Notes under the pieces: model-generated | What the model was told of the DNA's origin: nothing | Database searches by the model: none | What the model saw: the letters and a program-made list of their open reading frames with translations, nothing else | Shown: piece by piece, positions 10,201 to 20,834 of the stretch | Position numbering within the stretch: the first letter of the stretch is position 1 | Layout of the letters: each line of letters opens with the position of its first letter | Program-made: the position numbers and the translations under genes | Assembly (NCBI RefSeq): GCF_001194135.2 | Contig: NC_068998.1 | Location: 10,784,567-10,848,566 of the forward strand | Length of the DNA stretch: 64,000 nt | Source: Octopus bimaculoides | Taxonomy: Eukaryota | Direction of reading: 5' to 3'

Positions 10201-12531
10201 TGATCAAAGCATTGTCATCATCATCAGGGGTTTTTTTTTTTTGGCAGATATAGAGTACTATGGACGACATTAGCCAGTGTGTCCTTCCATGCTTTTTTTT
10301 TTTTTTTTTGCATGCCAAGGTGTAATTTGAGAGTTGAATTGACTGCTATTTCTAGTAGATTGAATGTTAATCCACGTGACTCAATGGCAAAAGGTGAAGG
10401 TCATAATGTCTTGCAGAATTTAACGGTTCAAGATTTGATTGAAAAAGAAATCCAAAAGTCAAAAGATAGTGTTGAAGAAAATGTGAAAAATTAATCTAAA
10501 CGTAATAGATATTGAGAAATAATTTGAAATTACATCAATAAACTACTATAAAAAAAGAACTTTGCAGCTTTAACAGGCGATGGTATAAAATGAAACACTT
10601 AAAAATATACACCATTTGAAAAATAAACACGCCAATTGTATTTTCACTGAACATTATTTTAGCTTTCGTTTTCATATTTATTTACTTTGGTTTACTCTCC
10701 ATTTACGATGTTTCAACAGATATACAAAATTTAAAAAAATAATGACAGCAATCAGGTTTTGTCAACAAATAAACTAGATAGCATGAAAAATTTGACCTCT
10801 TGAACCCTGAAACCCAAAACAAACGCAAGGGCTGAGTTAGTAAGGTACACACACAGAAACGACAAAGATTTTCAAAACTAACTGAAGGCAGTTTAGTTTA
10901 ATTCTATGAAGTATTATTGGTAAAAATGATAGTAACCATTATTATCACCATTAAGAAAAATAATACTGTATTTTTTCAGTTCGAATGTAGAGTTAAAACT
11001 CTTGGCACTACTAAAGTTTCTTGAATAAAACCGAAAACAAACGGAATATACATATTAGTTCCACCTCGTTTTTAATGGAGTGGAAACCTTTGGATGTCAC
11101 GCACTCATTTCCATGCTATTATAAATGAGGGGACATGACTTGTGAAAAGAAATATTAGAATGATGAACTAAGGAGTTCTGGAATTGCTGTGAGATTAAGA
11201 GAAATTCATTGATATATATATCATTAAGAGAGAGGGCGAAAATGCTAATCCGAAAGGAAGGTTGTTCTTTCTATATCAAAGACAACTAAATCATTAGAAA
11301 ATTATGATATGAATATTGCAATCATTTGAAATATCTTTCTAATGAACAACTGAAAAGGGCTGTAATGTTACCAATTAATGAATCGTATGAGACATCGAGG
11401 GAGACCCTCTAAATGATCGGTCGCTTGACCATGGCTGACCTAAGATAAAATAACCAATCAACCAAGAAATCGATCAAGACAGTGATTAGTTCTGGTCATG
11501 TGGGTTTATATCGAAAATAGTATATTTTATGCCCATTTTGGTACTGTTTTCTTTTTTAAAAGTCTCTATTCGATCGCTCGACCTGCTAGAGATAGCAGCC
11601 AAATCTCAATTCACAGAAAGATGTCTTAAATATGGTAGAATGCATTAAAATGTAACCCCTGATGTACACACGAAAAGCTGTGGTGGTCAAGGCCATGACG
11701 CCTTTCATCATGGGTTGCCGACGAGAACAAACCCAGAACTATAGCTGTTCCTTTATTCGAAACAATACCAGTTGTCAAAATAGCATGAAACAGTTAAAAG
11801 ACGGCGATGTTTCAGTATTTAGTCCTTTCAGCACCATGGGATGAACAGAACTTTTTAATATTACTGTGTTTGTGCTTATTGCTATGGTTATAAAAATATA
11901 GGTTCAAATACACTGACTTACTATGAAATATCTTAAAAACTACCCCCCACCAATATCTTCATAGTCCAACAATAAATAAAAGGTTTCGAGGGTTTAGTAT
12001 TATTTTTTTTTTTAACTTCATTAAAGGTAAAAAGGTTTGGAAGGAATTAACTGACAAAGCCGTCAAGAAAACAAAGTCTTCGGTGATGATGCAATATGTT
12101 AATAATAAAATAATAATTTTTTTCTAAAGGCCAGCAATTTTAAGAGGAGAGAGAAGTCAATTACACTGACCACAGTACTCAACAAATACTTATTTTATCG
12201 ACCCTGAAAGGGACGAAAGGCAAAAGCTGACCTCAGCAGCATTTGAACTTAGAAAGTAGTGTTAATAGCAATAATAATAATAATGAATATCTTTAAACAG
12301 TGTCCCGTAAAATAAATTCTTTATATCAAAGAGAAAGTAATTAATGAAAAAGAAATATATGTGGGTGTTTGACAAGAGTTGTTTGGAAGGTGTATATAGT
12401 TTTAGGGTGGAGGACTTACTTTGGTTGGCAATTTCTTCAGCGTCTATGACATTACAACGAAGATTCCTCAACATGTCAGTGACAGTCGTCTTTCCTGAGG
12501 CTATACCACCTGTTAAGCCTACAATATACAT
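3988..12531 (-). CDS. DCAKD: Dephospho-CoA kinase domain-containing protein (spliced gene; exons 12420-12531, [exon 2 not visible], 6779-6866, 3988-4273)
   Basis: N-terminus [17 protein letters not shown] is the CoaE-family P-loop. Middle exon reads [30 protein letters not shown]. Last exon reads [10 protein letters not shown]...SRIKIQM...[10 protein letters not shown] and ends in a hydrophobic C-terminal anchor typical of metazoan DCAKD. GT/AG boundaries and phases fit; the 112- and 88-nt exon sizes match my recollection of vertebrate DCAKD. Confidence 0.9.
4425..5448. repeat. 24-bp minisatellite (AAATGCATACTAACAGCTAGGCTC and variants) in the last DCAKD intron
   Basis: More than 30 visible tandem units, interrupted by gaps; variants GCTAGGCTC / GTTAGGTTC / ATTAGGCAC. 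Confidence 0.97.
6239..6545 (+). mobile_element. tRNA-headed SINE-like element with 5' inverted duplication, (AAT)n spacer and hammerhead ribozyme
   Basis: A box TGGCGTAGTGG (6269-6279), B box GAGTTCGATTC (6312-6322), perfect 21-bp palindrome 6239-6282, hammerhead core 6409-6454. Confidence 0.7.
6409..6454 (+). ncRNA. Minimal type I hammerhead ribozyme motif
   Basis: Stem I GACAC/GTGTT; core CTGACGA; stem II GGCTG/CAGCC; GAAAC; palindromic AACGTT at stem III; GUU triplet. Confidence 0.7.
6779..6866 (-). CDS. DCAKD: DCAKD coding exon 3 (88 nt)
   Basis: ttccag|GT CAT CAA TTT...GTT AAC TG|gtaagg; xIPLLxE motif of the CoaE family. Confidence 0.9.
7105..7327 (+). mobile_element. (GAT)n-tailed SINE / RTE-like 3' end (family C)
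   Basis: GTTGGCGTTAGGAAGGGCATCCAGC...GCGGACGTTAAACGATGATGAT; copies at 30035-30308, 31893-31980, 34715-34970, 48500-48694, 48723-48795 and others. Confidence 0.85.
8350..8553 (+). pseudogene. Helitron/PIF1-type helicase remnant
   Basis: Frameshifted [11 protein letters not shown] (Walker A) followed by [24 protein letters not shown]. Confidence 0.8.
9140..9313. mobile_element. Palindromic element with degenerate hammerhead core (Penelope-like inverted-end remnant)
   Basis: About 50-bp inverted arms enclose CTGAAGA-A-GGAAT/ATTCC-GAAAT-ATC. Confidence 0.5.
12420..12531 (-). CDS. DCAKD: DCAKD coding exon 1 (112 nt, phase 1 end)
   Basis: ATG at 12531; [37 protein letters not shown] followed by donor GTAAGT. 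Confidence 0.92.
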
Positions 12532-15085
12532 GGCTGTAGTGTTCTTATAAACCCACGAGTAAGGTGTGGACAAGGAAATTACAGTTTGCGATTAAACGAA
12601 AATACGATTTCAATCGAACTTTTCTTCTCTCTCTCTCTCAGACCGCCGTTTGTTTGAAATGAGAAAGTAGAAGTGATGTTGTTATAGGTTTTTCAGCCTG
12701 TTTTCCTTATTTTAAGAAATTCTTCAGTAATGTTTGGTCTTCTTTGGTATTTTTGGTGAGATATTTTGTGTTAAAACTGTCGAAGTTGTTAAATAAGGAA
12801 GAAAGGTTTACAGAATGAAGTCCTAGAAAGGTAAGGTAGTAAAAAAAACGAAAATTTTCCGGTGATGACCTAAATGTGTACCCCAGTAAAAATTCGAAAC
12901 TGATAAAGCTTCATGAGAAAACATTGAAGGATAAAACAAGAGAAAAGAAAGAAAAAAAAAGAAAGAAAAATTAATGAATGGAATAAATTGGTAAATTTTA
13001 AAAAGACTGTTTAAAGAATAAAAGAAAAATTTGAAATATTAAAAAGGTAATAATAAAAATCAGTAGATGTGAAATGAAGATGAAATAAAATGATTCAAAA
13101 CATAATCAATAAAAAAACAATAACAAAGTGCTATCTTAGCTCATCAGAAGAACATAATATAATATGATATATTATGAGGATCGATCGATTAATCCAACCA
13201 GCCGAGATATTCGACCGTGTGATTTGAGACCTAGAACTTCACAGAGTTTACAGACTGATAAGGAATGCATGCACGTAAACGTGCATAGTTTTGCAAACAT
13301 AAAACGAAACAGACGCTCGCATGCACATAGGTTGGCTGGTTCGCGTCTACTCTGGTCCAGCTTGAGTCTTTGAGAATTTAAAATAGTTCACGAGAAATCT
13401 CTGAGCTGTGCTAATGGTTAAATAAACAGCAAAGTGTTAATATAGGAGGGTGGGGCAAAATGAGTAACTTCTGATTCTTAGCTATTTTTGTACCCGTTTG
13501 AAATCATTGCATTACAAGCATTACATCATCATTATTTTGTACTGCTGCATCGTCTTCAGAAGCAAAGATTGGTTAGCATAGTTGTTGTTGAGGTTGAAAG
13601 TGTTCAAAACATAGTCAGGTGGCAGGTCCTCTTTTTTCAAGAAATTTTTCCTCAGCTTTGATCCGATTTTTAATGAGGCTGCTAAGTTTTAGTGTTTAAC
13701 AAACAATATTCTTTTCTTTGTTGGGTTCCAGGCCAATTTTTTCCGATATTAATGTTTAATTTGATCATTTTCAAGTTTCAAAAAAAAAAATGACATCTAA
13801 ATGGGGTAAAATGAGTAATGACTAATTACAATAATTTCTTCTCTTTAATTGCATGGTGAGTAAATATATCACAAAGACACTCCAGCAGGTTGTGAAAAAC
13901 CTACAGATTATAAATTATGTTAAATTTCTTTTTATTTTATTTAGTCAAGTTTTGTTAATTTCATATCAATGTGCCGTTTGACTTGATACTCTTTATTCTC
14001 TTTTACTCTCTTTTACTCGTTTCAATCATTTGACTGCGGTCATGCTGGAGCACCGCCTTCAGTCGAGAAAATCGACCCCAGGACTTATTCTTTGGATGCC
14101 TAGTACTTATTCTATCGGTTTCTTTTGCCGAACCGCTAGGTTACGGGGACGTAAACACACCACCATCGGTTGTCAAGCGATGTTGGGGGGATAAATACAG
14201 ACACACAAACACATACACATACATACCTAGAGTAGAAAAGAATAATTATTATGTTTCGCTGAAGAGGTATAATGCGACCGAAACATTTTTCAGCTACAGT
14301 GAGATATCTGTAGAAAATTTCACTAAAAATATCCAGTTTTTAAAGTTAGAGGAAACTAAGGAGACTTCTGGAGATTACCTGAAACTCCTCTCCCACCCCC
14401 GAAAAACTTTTTCAAAATAAATTCCGATATAATAGTGATCTACACCATCTGAAAAGTATTCGGAGACAATTTCATTAAAAGATATAAATTTTTCTGAAAG
14501 TTATGGAGTAACAAAAATCGGCGGTGCACAGTTGTATAGGTATGCCACTAGACTATCAGTTAACACCATAATATTACATTTTAACAATGAATTAATTATG
14601 AATGAATATTTATACGGAAAGAAAATGAGACTGTGTGGTTTCTTCCCCCACAGTTTTGCGAGTAAATTATGAGAAGTGTGATAGTAAATTAAAAGACAAT
14701 CAAAATGAGATTGCGAACTCGGTACGCTAAAATACATATTTAAGACAAAAGAGATGCATGTAGGTAGTAGTATGTTCTCTGATCAGGAATAATATAGCAC
14801 ATCGTAAAGTATTTCAATTTCAATAACACGAATACTTAAAAGGAGTGAAAATCATCAAGAATAAATTATGATAAACACGATAGAATTATTCAATTACCTC
14901 CCTTGAATAATGTCGTAGATTACAACTGAATCAGTTATTAAAAGGCATTTAATTAATAGATACATATAATGTACGTAAATTAAATAGAAATACTTTTTAA
15001 AATATAGGAAAAAGGAGTAAATGATTTGTTTAGTAAAATATTTGAGAGCTTTTTAAATTTTATACTGGAAGAAAATAAATAATAG

Positions 15086-15110
15086 GAAATGTTATTGATA
15101 TAAAATCAGT
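15086..15110 (+). promoter_or_regulatory. Candidate proximal sequence element (PSE) of U1 copy A
   Basis: GAAATGTTATTGATATAAAATCAGT at -75..-51; 24/25 identical to the same position upstream of copy B (18253-18277, minus strand). Confidence 0.55.
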
Positions 15111-15160
15111 GAATAGTTTTAATGGAAACTGTTTATATTGAAAATTTTACGTAGAAAATC

Positions 15161-15323
15161 ATACTTACCTGGCACAGGGGTAAACCATGATCATCAAGGT
15201 GGTTCTCCCAGAGCGAGGCCCTTCCATTGCACTCCGGTTGGGTTGACCTTTGCGATCGCCCCAAATGTGGGCGACTCGGGTGCGCTATTTCTAAGTGTGG
15301 GGTCTGCGTTCGCGCTCACCCCG
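15161..15323 (+). ncRNA. U1: U1 spliceosomal snRNA, copy A
   Basis: 5' ATACTTACCTGG; SL-II loop CCATTGCACTCCGG (U1A site); SL-III; Sm-like ATTTCT; 3' GGGG...TTCG...CCCC hairpin; 163 nt. Confidence 0.95.
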
Positions 15324-15344
15324 TAAATCAAACAAAGAACAGAA
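15324..15344 (+). terminator. Candidate snRNA 3' box region, U1 copy A
   Basis: TAAATCAAACAAAGAACAGAA is identical downstream of both U1 copies (copy B 18018-18038), after which the flanks diverge. Confidence 0.5.
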
Positions 15345-16741
15345 ATATTCCCTTCCATCTACTTCTGTCGTTTAATTCCTAAATGCATAAAATGATAGGA
15401 CCCCTATCTGCAAAATTTCTTTACGTTTGTGTTTCCTCGACCTACTCGATATTTCGGTGGGGGGTTCGTTCGAATGGGTGAGAGGCATGATTCGAAATAT
15501 TTACATTTTGGATTAGCTTAGTTTTCAGAGATTTGGGTTTATTTCTAGCATATCGAGTCATTACGTTGAAGTCACCTTTGTTTCATCTGTTGGCTCGACA
15601 AACGTCCGGGTTTAAAACCACCGGAGGTTGAGTGGGGTGGTCATTCTGAAAAACGGGTAGAGAAGGGATATCTTAATACAAAATAAAATTAGGTATATTA
15701 ATTATCTTTATAAAATTTATTTTTATAACTTCTGAAGGATGTTTTATTATCAATCCTGCAGATAAATGTACTTAAAACGAGAGAGCGCCGAAATATATAT
15801 TTTTTCAATAATAGTGGATGTGTGCTCAACACGTCTGCTGTCCTGGTTTTCAGAATATCCTCCATCCCATCGCATAACACTTCTTGAAAGTAAACTCATT
15901 CAATCATTTGGGCGTGCAAAGACTATAGTATGAATCTTTATTATGATCACTACGGATCGAACATAGATGAGTACAGTACAGGACAAACAATTACATAAAA
16001 TGAATGAGATCGTGCTTATTTACAATTTGATTTTGACTATTATGTACAATTTGATAATTTAAAAAAAAAAAATTAATGAGAACTTAAAACAGATCCGTCT
16101 TTTGTTCTTATTTTTAAAATAGTAAAGAAATTACATTCTCCAGCCGAGCAGCTTATACGGCCCAGCAGATAATTTTTTATTTCTTCGATGGTTAATTTGG
16201 GCAACTAGCACCCACCTTTTTCATCACTTCCTTCCATCTTTGCTCATATACTCTAGTTGACAGTGTCCTCTTTTCCAAAGACTATAGTAGAAGACACATG
16301 CCCAAGGTGGCACGCACTGGAACTGATCCTAATACCGCTAGAATGGGAAGCAAGCCACCTTAGCATAACAACCACGCCTGCGCTTATAAACAACTATTGG
16401 ATTATAAAGGGATAGGGATAATGAAAGTGTTCGGTAGTTTCCGTTGAATTTTAAAATTTTCTTTTCAGCTGAATCGCTATATTTATATTTTGATTTTGTG
16501 TATGCATTATGTGTTCGTGTATGTATGTATAAGTACTCTATATGTATGTGTATTTGTGCATACACAAATATACATACACGCACATAAACATACATATATA
16601 CACAAATATAAGCGATTCAACTGAAAAGAAAAATTAAAGACATAAAAAGTTTGTACGGAAATTGCCGAACAAACACTTTCGTAATGCCTCTGCCTTTATT
16701 GAAAGATAGCCAAATTGTCGAAGTATCGGTCGCAATCTGAT

Positions 16742-16945
16742 AGGTTTGTGGTCGATCCTGGGGTAGTGGAGAGCGTTCTCAGACCACATACCGGTTCACA
16801 TACTCTCGGGGCTGAGATAGCTATCCGCATGTGCGAGCCCCATGAGTGAAAGTGACTGTTCCAGTGCATCGCCTGCACCCACTAACCCCACTGGCTGTCC
16901 CATTTTGTCCGCTGGTATCATGAGGCGGACTGACAAACCTTTTTT
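16742..16945 (+). ncRNA. Unidentified structured ncRNA candidate (~204 nt)
   Basis: GC-rich island; terminal stem AGGTTTGT/ACAAACCT followed by T6; several internal helices; A-box-like TGGGGTAGTGG; ATTTTG before the 3' hairpin. Confidence 0.55.
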
Positions 16946-18038
16946 GATACTACGTGTTACTTATTGTTTTAATTCCACGTTATTTTCAATGTAAACTAGA
17001 ATACTAATAATAGAATAACCCGTTCATTCAGCCAGTACGGAGCGAAGAAAGCAGGGTTACATGAATGTTTTCGTCCATTCATCGAGCAGTAAAGAGCGCT
17101 AGAAAAAAAAAAATTCTCTAATATTTCTGTGAATGTAAGAAACACCATTCTGCATGCATGGCAACATTCCACAGATTCTTATGCAATTTCAGGTTACTGG
17201 AACGGTTGGCGGTTGGGAAAAGAGCAAAAACAACTGTACTGATACATTCCTTACTTCTGCCAGACGGGCGAATGCCGGAGACGAAAAAATATTTTTAAGA
17301 ATCGAAATCTTCATATTTTTCTTATAGTGGACTATTACTATCAAATACTTGATTTCTTTTATATAATACGCTAGATTTGGCTGTTATTTCTAGCATGTTC
17401 AGTGATCATATTGAGGTCGCTCTCTCTCTCTCTCTCTCTCACTTACTCACTCACATGTGTGTTGATTCAGAAGTAGGCCTCTACGCATGCTTGAACGGCA
17501 AGTTAAAAATGTTTTTTCTGATGGTCGATGGGTTTCCAAAAGCGGAAGGATGGGGGCTTATTTTCAGAATCTTAATCTCCGTATTTTAACACGTAGGATG
17601 TAAAAATAAATAAATAAAGGATTTTAAAAAAATGGGTGATTGAGCAAAATCGTAAAACAATAATTCGAAAAAATTTTTGAAAGAAAAATATAATGTCGGG
17701 TGCTCATTTGACATGTCTACCAACTTATAATTTATATTAAGATCACACACTCCATTGTGTTCGTTATTAAGACGATGATATGAGGGAAATTTGCTTGCTG
17801 TTTCTTGCAGCTTAGCAATGTTTTCCTTTTTAAGATAGTAACATATCGAGTTATATTTGGCTGCTATTTCTAGCCGCTTCAGTAACCGCATAGATTCTGC
17901 TTCTTATTATATACTATGCCCTTTGTAGAAATAGCAGTCAAACCATTCACCATATTTATGCAACAGAATAGTTTTAATTATTCGTGTTGCTTGATGACAC
18001 TGCTTAGAGGAGGGTAATTCTGTTCTTTGTTTGATTTA

Positions 18039-18201
18039 CGGGGTGAGCGCGAACGCAGACCCCACACTTAGAAATAGCGCACCCGAGTCGCCCACATTTG
18101 GGGCGATCGCAAAGGTCAACCCAACCGGAGTGCAATGGAAGGGCCTCACTCTGGGAGAACCACCTTGAGGATCATGGTTTACCCCTGTGCCAGGTAAGTA
18201 T
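18039..18201 (-). ncRNA. U1: U1 spliceosomal snRNA, copy B
   Basis: Reverse-complement copy of 15161-15323 with two substitutions seen (GATCCTCAAG vs GATCATCAAG; GAGTGAGG vs GAGCGAGG). Confidence 0.95.
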
Positions 18202-18252
18202 GATTTTCCAAGTTATAATTTTGATTATACACAGGTTTCATTAAAACCATTT

Positions 18253-18277
18253 ACTGATTTTATATCAGTAACATTTC
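18253..18277 (-). promoter_or_regulatory. Candidate PSE of U1 copy B
   Basis: GAAATGTTACTGATATAAAATCAGT at -76..-52; matches the copy A block. Confidence 0.55.
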
Positions 18278-18762
18278 TTAATATTTATTTTTTCCGTCGC
18301 AAAATTTAAAAAGTCCTGAAATATTTTTATTAATCTAATCATTTACTATTCTTTTCTCTCAATATTTTCATTTATTTAACTATTATTATATATATTTAAC
18401 AATTAAACTCTCTCTAAAATGCATTCAGTTGTAGGACACAACAAAATTCAAGGGAAGTAATTTACCAAGTCTAATCAATATGACAAATTATTGATGACTG
18501 AAAAGAACCAGCTATAGACATGTGCTTTCTTGCTAATAATATCTTGTAATTTACTTCATATTTCGGTGAATTTCTTGCTGCTTACTTGAAAGTACTGATA
18601 TGATTCAGTAAATATGTATATTTGGCAATTATTAGCATAAGATTTTAGATGTAATATTTATATGCTTCATTGAAAGAAAAGTGGCTTCTCTCTAACAATG
18701 TACTGTCAATTCTTTTCTTGTTTTTAAAGGGTGAAAATTACAACTAAAAATATATAAATTAC

Positions 18763-19926
18763 GAATCTTGTTGGTATATTTCTCACTTATATTCTTGTAG
18801 CTGAGTGACAGAAATACAGTGAGAGCCACTTATTCTAATCACGTATAATGTTAATAGGTTATTGTCATGAAATTTAGTCTTTTTACGGAAATCCTAGGTT
18901 GATTAAGTTAATTGTAAAGACAGGGTTATTGATATCGAATGACATTTGTCAATAAGGAATCAAAATAGGCGTCTTCAAATGTAAGGTTCACTAAAGCGCC
19001 ATTAGCTACTTCGCCTTTGGCTCTTATGCTTCCTCTCCGGTAAACATTTCTACTTGTTTATTGTAGAAATTACCTGAAGATTTTTAAAAGAAACTTGCAA
19101 CAAAACAACAAGGAATAGCATGCATAATCATACGAGTAATATTTCATATGAAACAAGAAATAAACGAATATAAAATAACGACGAGACTCTTGTGAAATAA
19201 AATATCAATTATATTCTTCTAAAAATACATACAAAATATTTTGGAGATTGTTTTACAAAATGTGAATGGGATGAATGAATAAATTATGAAAGTTCACAAT
19301 GTTGTTGAACTGATACGAATGAGAATAATTTAAGAAATCACATAAAGTGATTTAGTATGAAAAGAGTACTGAGTAATAGATATATCACAGTATTTTATCA
19401 AATGTTGGTATGAGTGAATAAGATACTAGTCCATTTCTTCAATGGTAGGNNNNNNNNNNNNNNNNNNNNNNNNNNNNNNNNNNNNNNNNNNNNNNNNNNN
19501 NNNNNNNNNNNNNNNNNNNNNNNNNNNNNNNNNNNNNNNNNNNNNNNNNTTACTCGTATGTTTATGCATGCTATTCCTTGTTGTTTTGTTGCAAGTTTCA
19601 TTTAAAAATCTTCAGGTAACTTCTACAATAAACAAGTAGATATGTTTACCGGAGAGGAAGCATAAGAGCCAAAGGCGAAGTAGCTAATGGCGCTTTAGTG
19701 AACCTTACATTTGAAGACGCCTATTTTGATTCCTTATTGACAAATGTCATTCGATATCAATAACCCTGTCTTTACAATTAACTTAATCAACCTAGGATTT
19801 CCGTAAAAAGACTAAATTTCATGACAATAACCTATTAACATTATACGTGATTAGAATAAGTGGCTCTCACTGTATTTCTGTCACTCAGCTTCAAGAATAT
19901 AAGTGAGAAATATACCAACAAGATTC
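18763..19926. repeat. Near-identical ~375-bp inverted repeat (18763-19139 / 19550-19926) flanking a gap
   Basis: Arms read as reverse complements with only a few mismatches. Confidence 0.9.
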
Positions 19927-20699
19927 AGATATCTTTCACAAGTAGAAATAACATCTTCAAATTCCCGAATTTATATTGTAGAAAACTAGTGATTTTGTAA
20001 TGTGAAATGTATTACAATTACTTTGATCTTCATCCTTAAACACAGGAATATTTTTGAAATGAAATATAGCTAATCGCATCTTTGTACATAGTGATTCTCG
20101 GTCAACGTTTTATTAGGAACATAACTTGATTCTGTGAAAAATCTTAGGAGTACGTAAGATCTCTAGCGAAGCCCACCAAATTGATTAACAGGTGAAGGAG
20201 AGTTTGTGTTACTTCACCTATTCACCAAATGGTTTTGTGAAGCTGCCGACATCGTTAAAAGACATCTAATTATGTACCGCTCTCAACTGAATGTAGTTTC
20301 ATCCCGAACACATCGATTCCCACCACATAACTTCTATAATGAATAACATTTGTTCACTAATATACGCCATCACATCACCCCACTCACCAACCTGCTACAG
20401 CAATCAATGTTATCGTTGCGACCGCATGCACATCTAGCATTTGTGTTCCCTTTCCCAGATCTATATATATCTAACACATCTGTTTTCCACACTGTTTCCG
20501 AATACACCTCTTTCAGCGAAATCGTTTCCGAATGCTTCTCGTGGATTTCCATTCTCTACTTAATGGTCATAATGCATCAGATATGCACGACACCAGAAAA
20601 GCTTTTCATCTACTTCGAGTGCACACCATGCAAAATGATGGTTCAGTAAATTCCAAGTCCATTCATATTTTAAACTTCACCCTCGCAGGGGCCTATACC

Positions 20700-20834
20700 C
20701 TCAAATTCTTTCTTGATTTTTTCACTACATTACAATTCAACCACCATATTTTAGCTTTGCAAGAATTTAATCTCAATATTCAACATTTTAAAGATAAAGA
20801 CAATGTCATTGCGAATACACTATCTCGAGTCAGC
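20700..20834 (+). pseudogene. Ty3/Gypsy pol remnant (RNase H C-terminus)
   Basis: HILALQEFNLNIQHFKDKDNVIANTLSRV resembles the L.LQE+...I.H..G..N..AD.LSR motif. Confidence 0.6.

Noticed and set aside
11915-11960. FLRYFI followed by GTAAGT as the end of the missing DCAKD exon 2
   Set aside because: In-frame TAG immediately upstream and wrong phase (0 rather than 1)
16742-16945. Assignment to 7SK, RNase P/MRP, U3/C-D snoRNA, SRP or telomerase RNA
   Set aside because: Only fragments match (one GATC; TCAGACCAC without CR-I; CTGA D box without a proper C box; CTAACCC shorter than a full template); left unidentified
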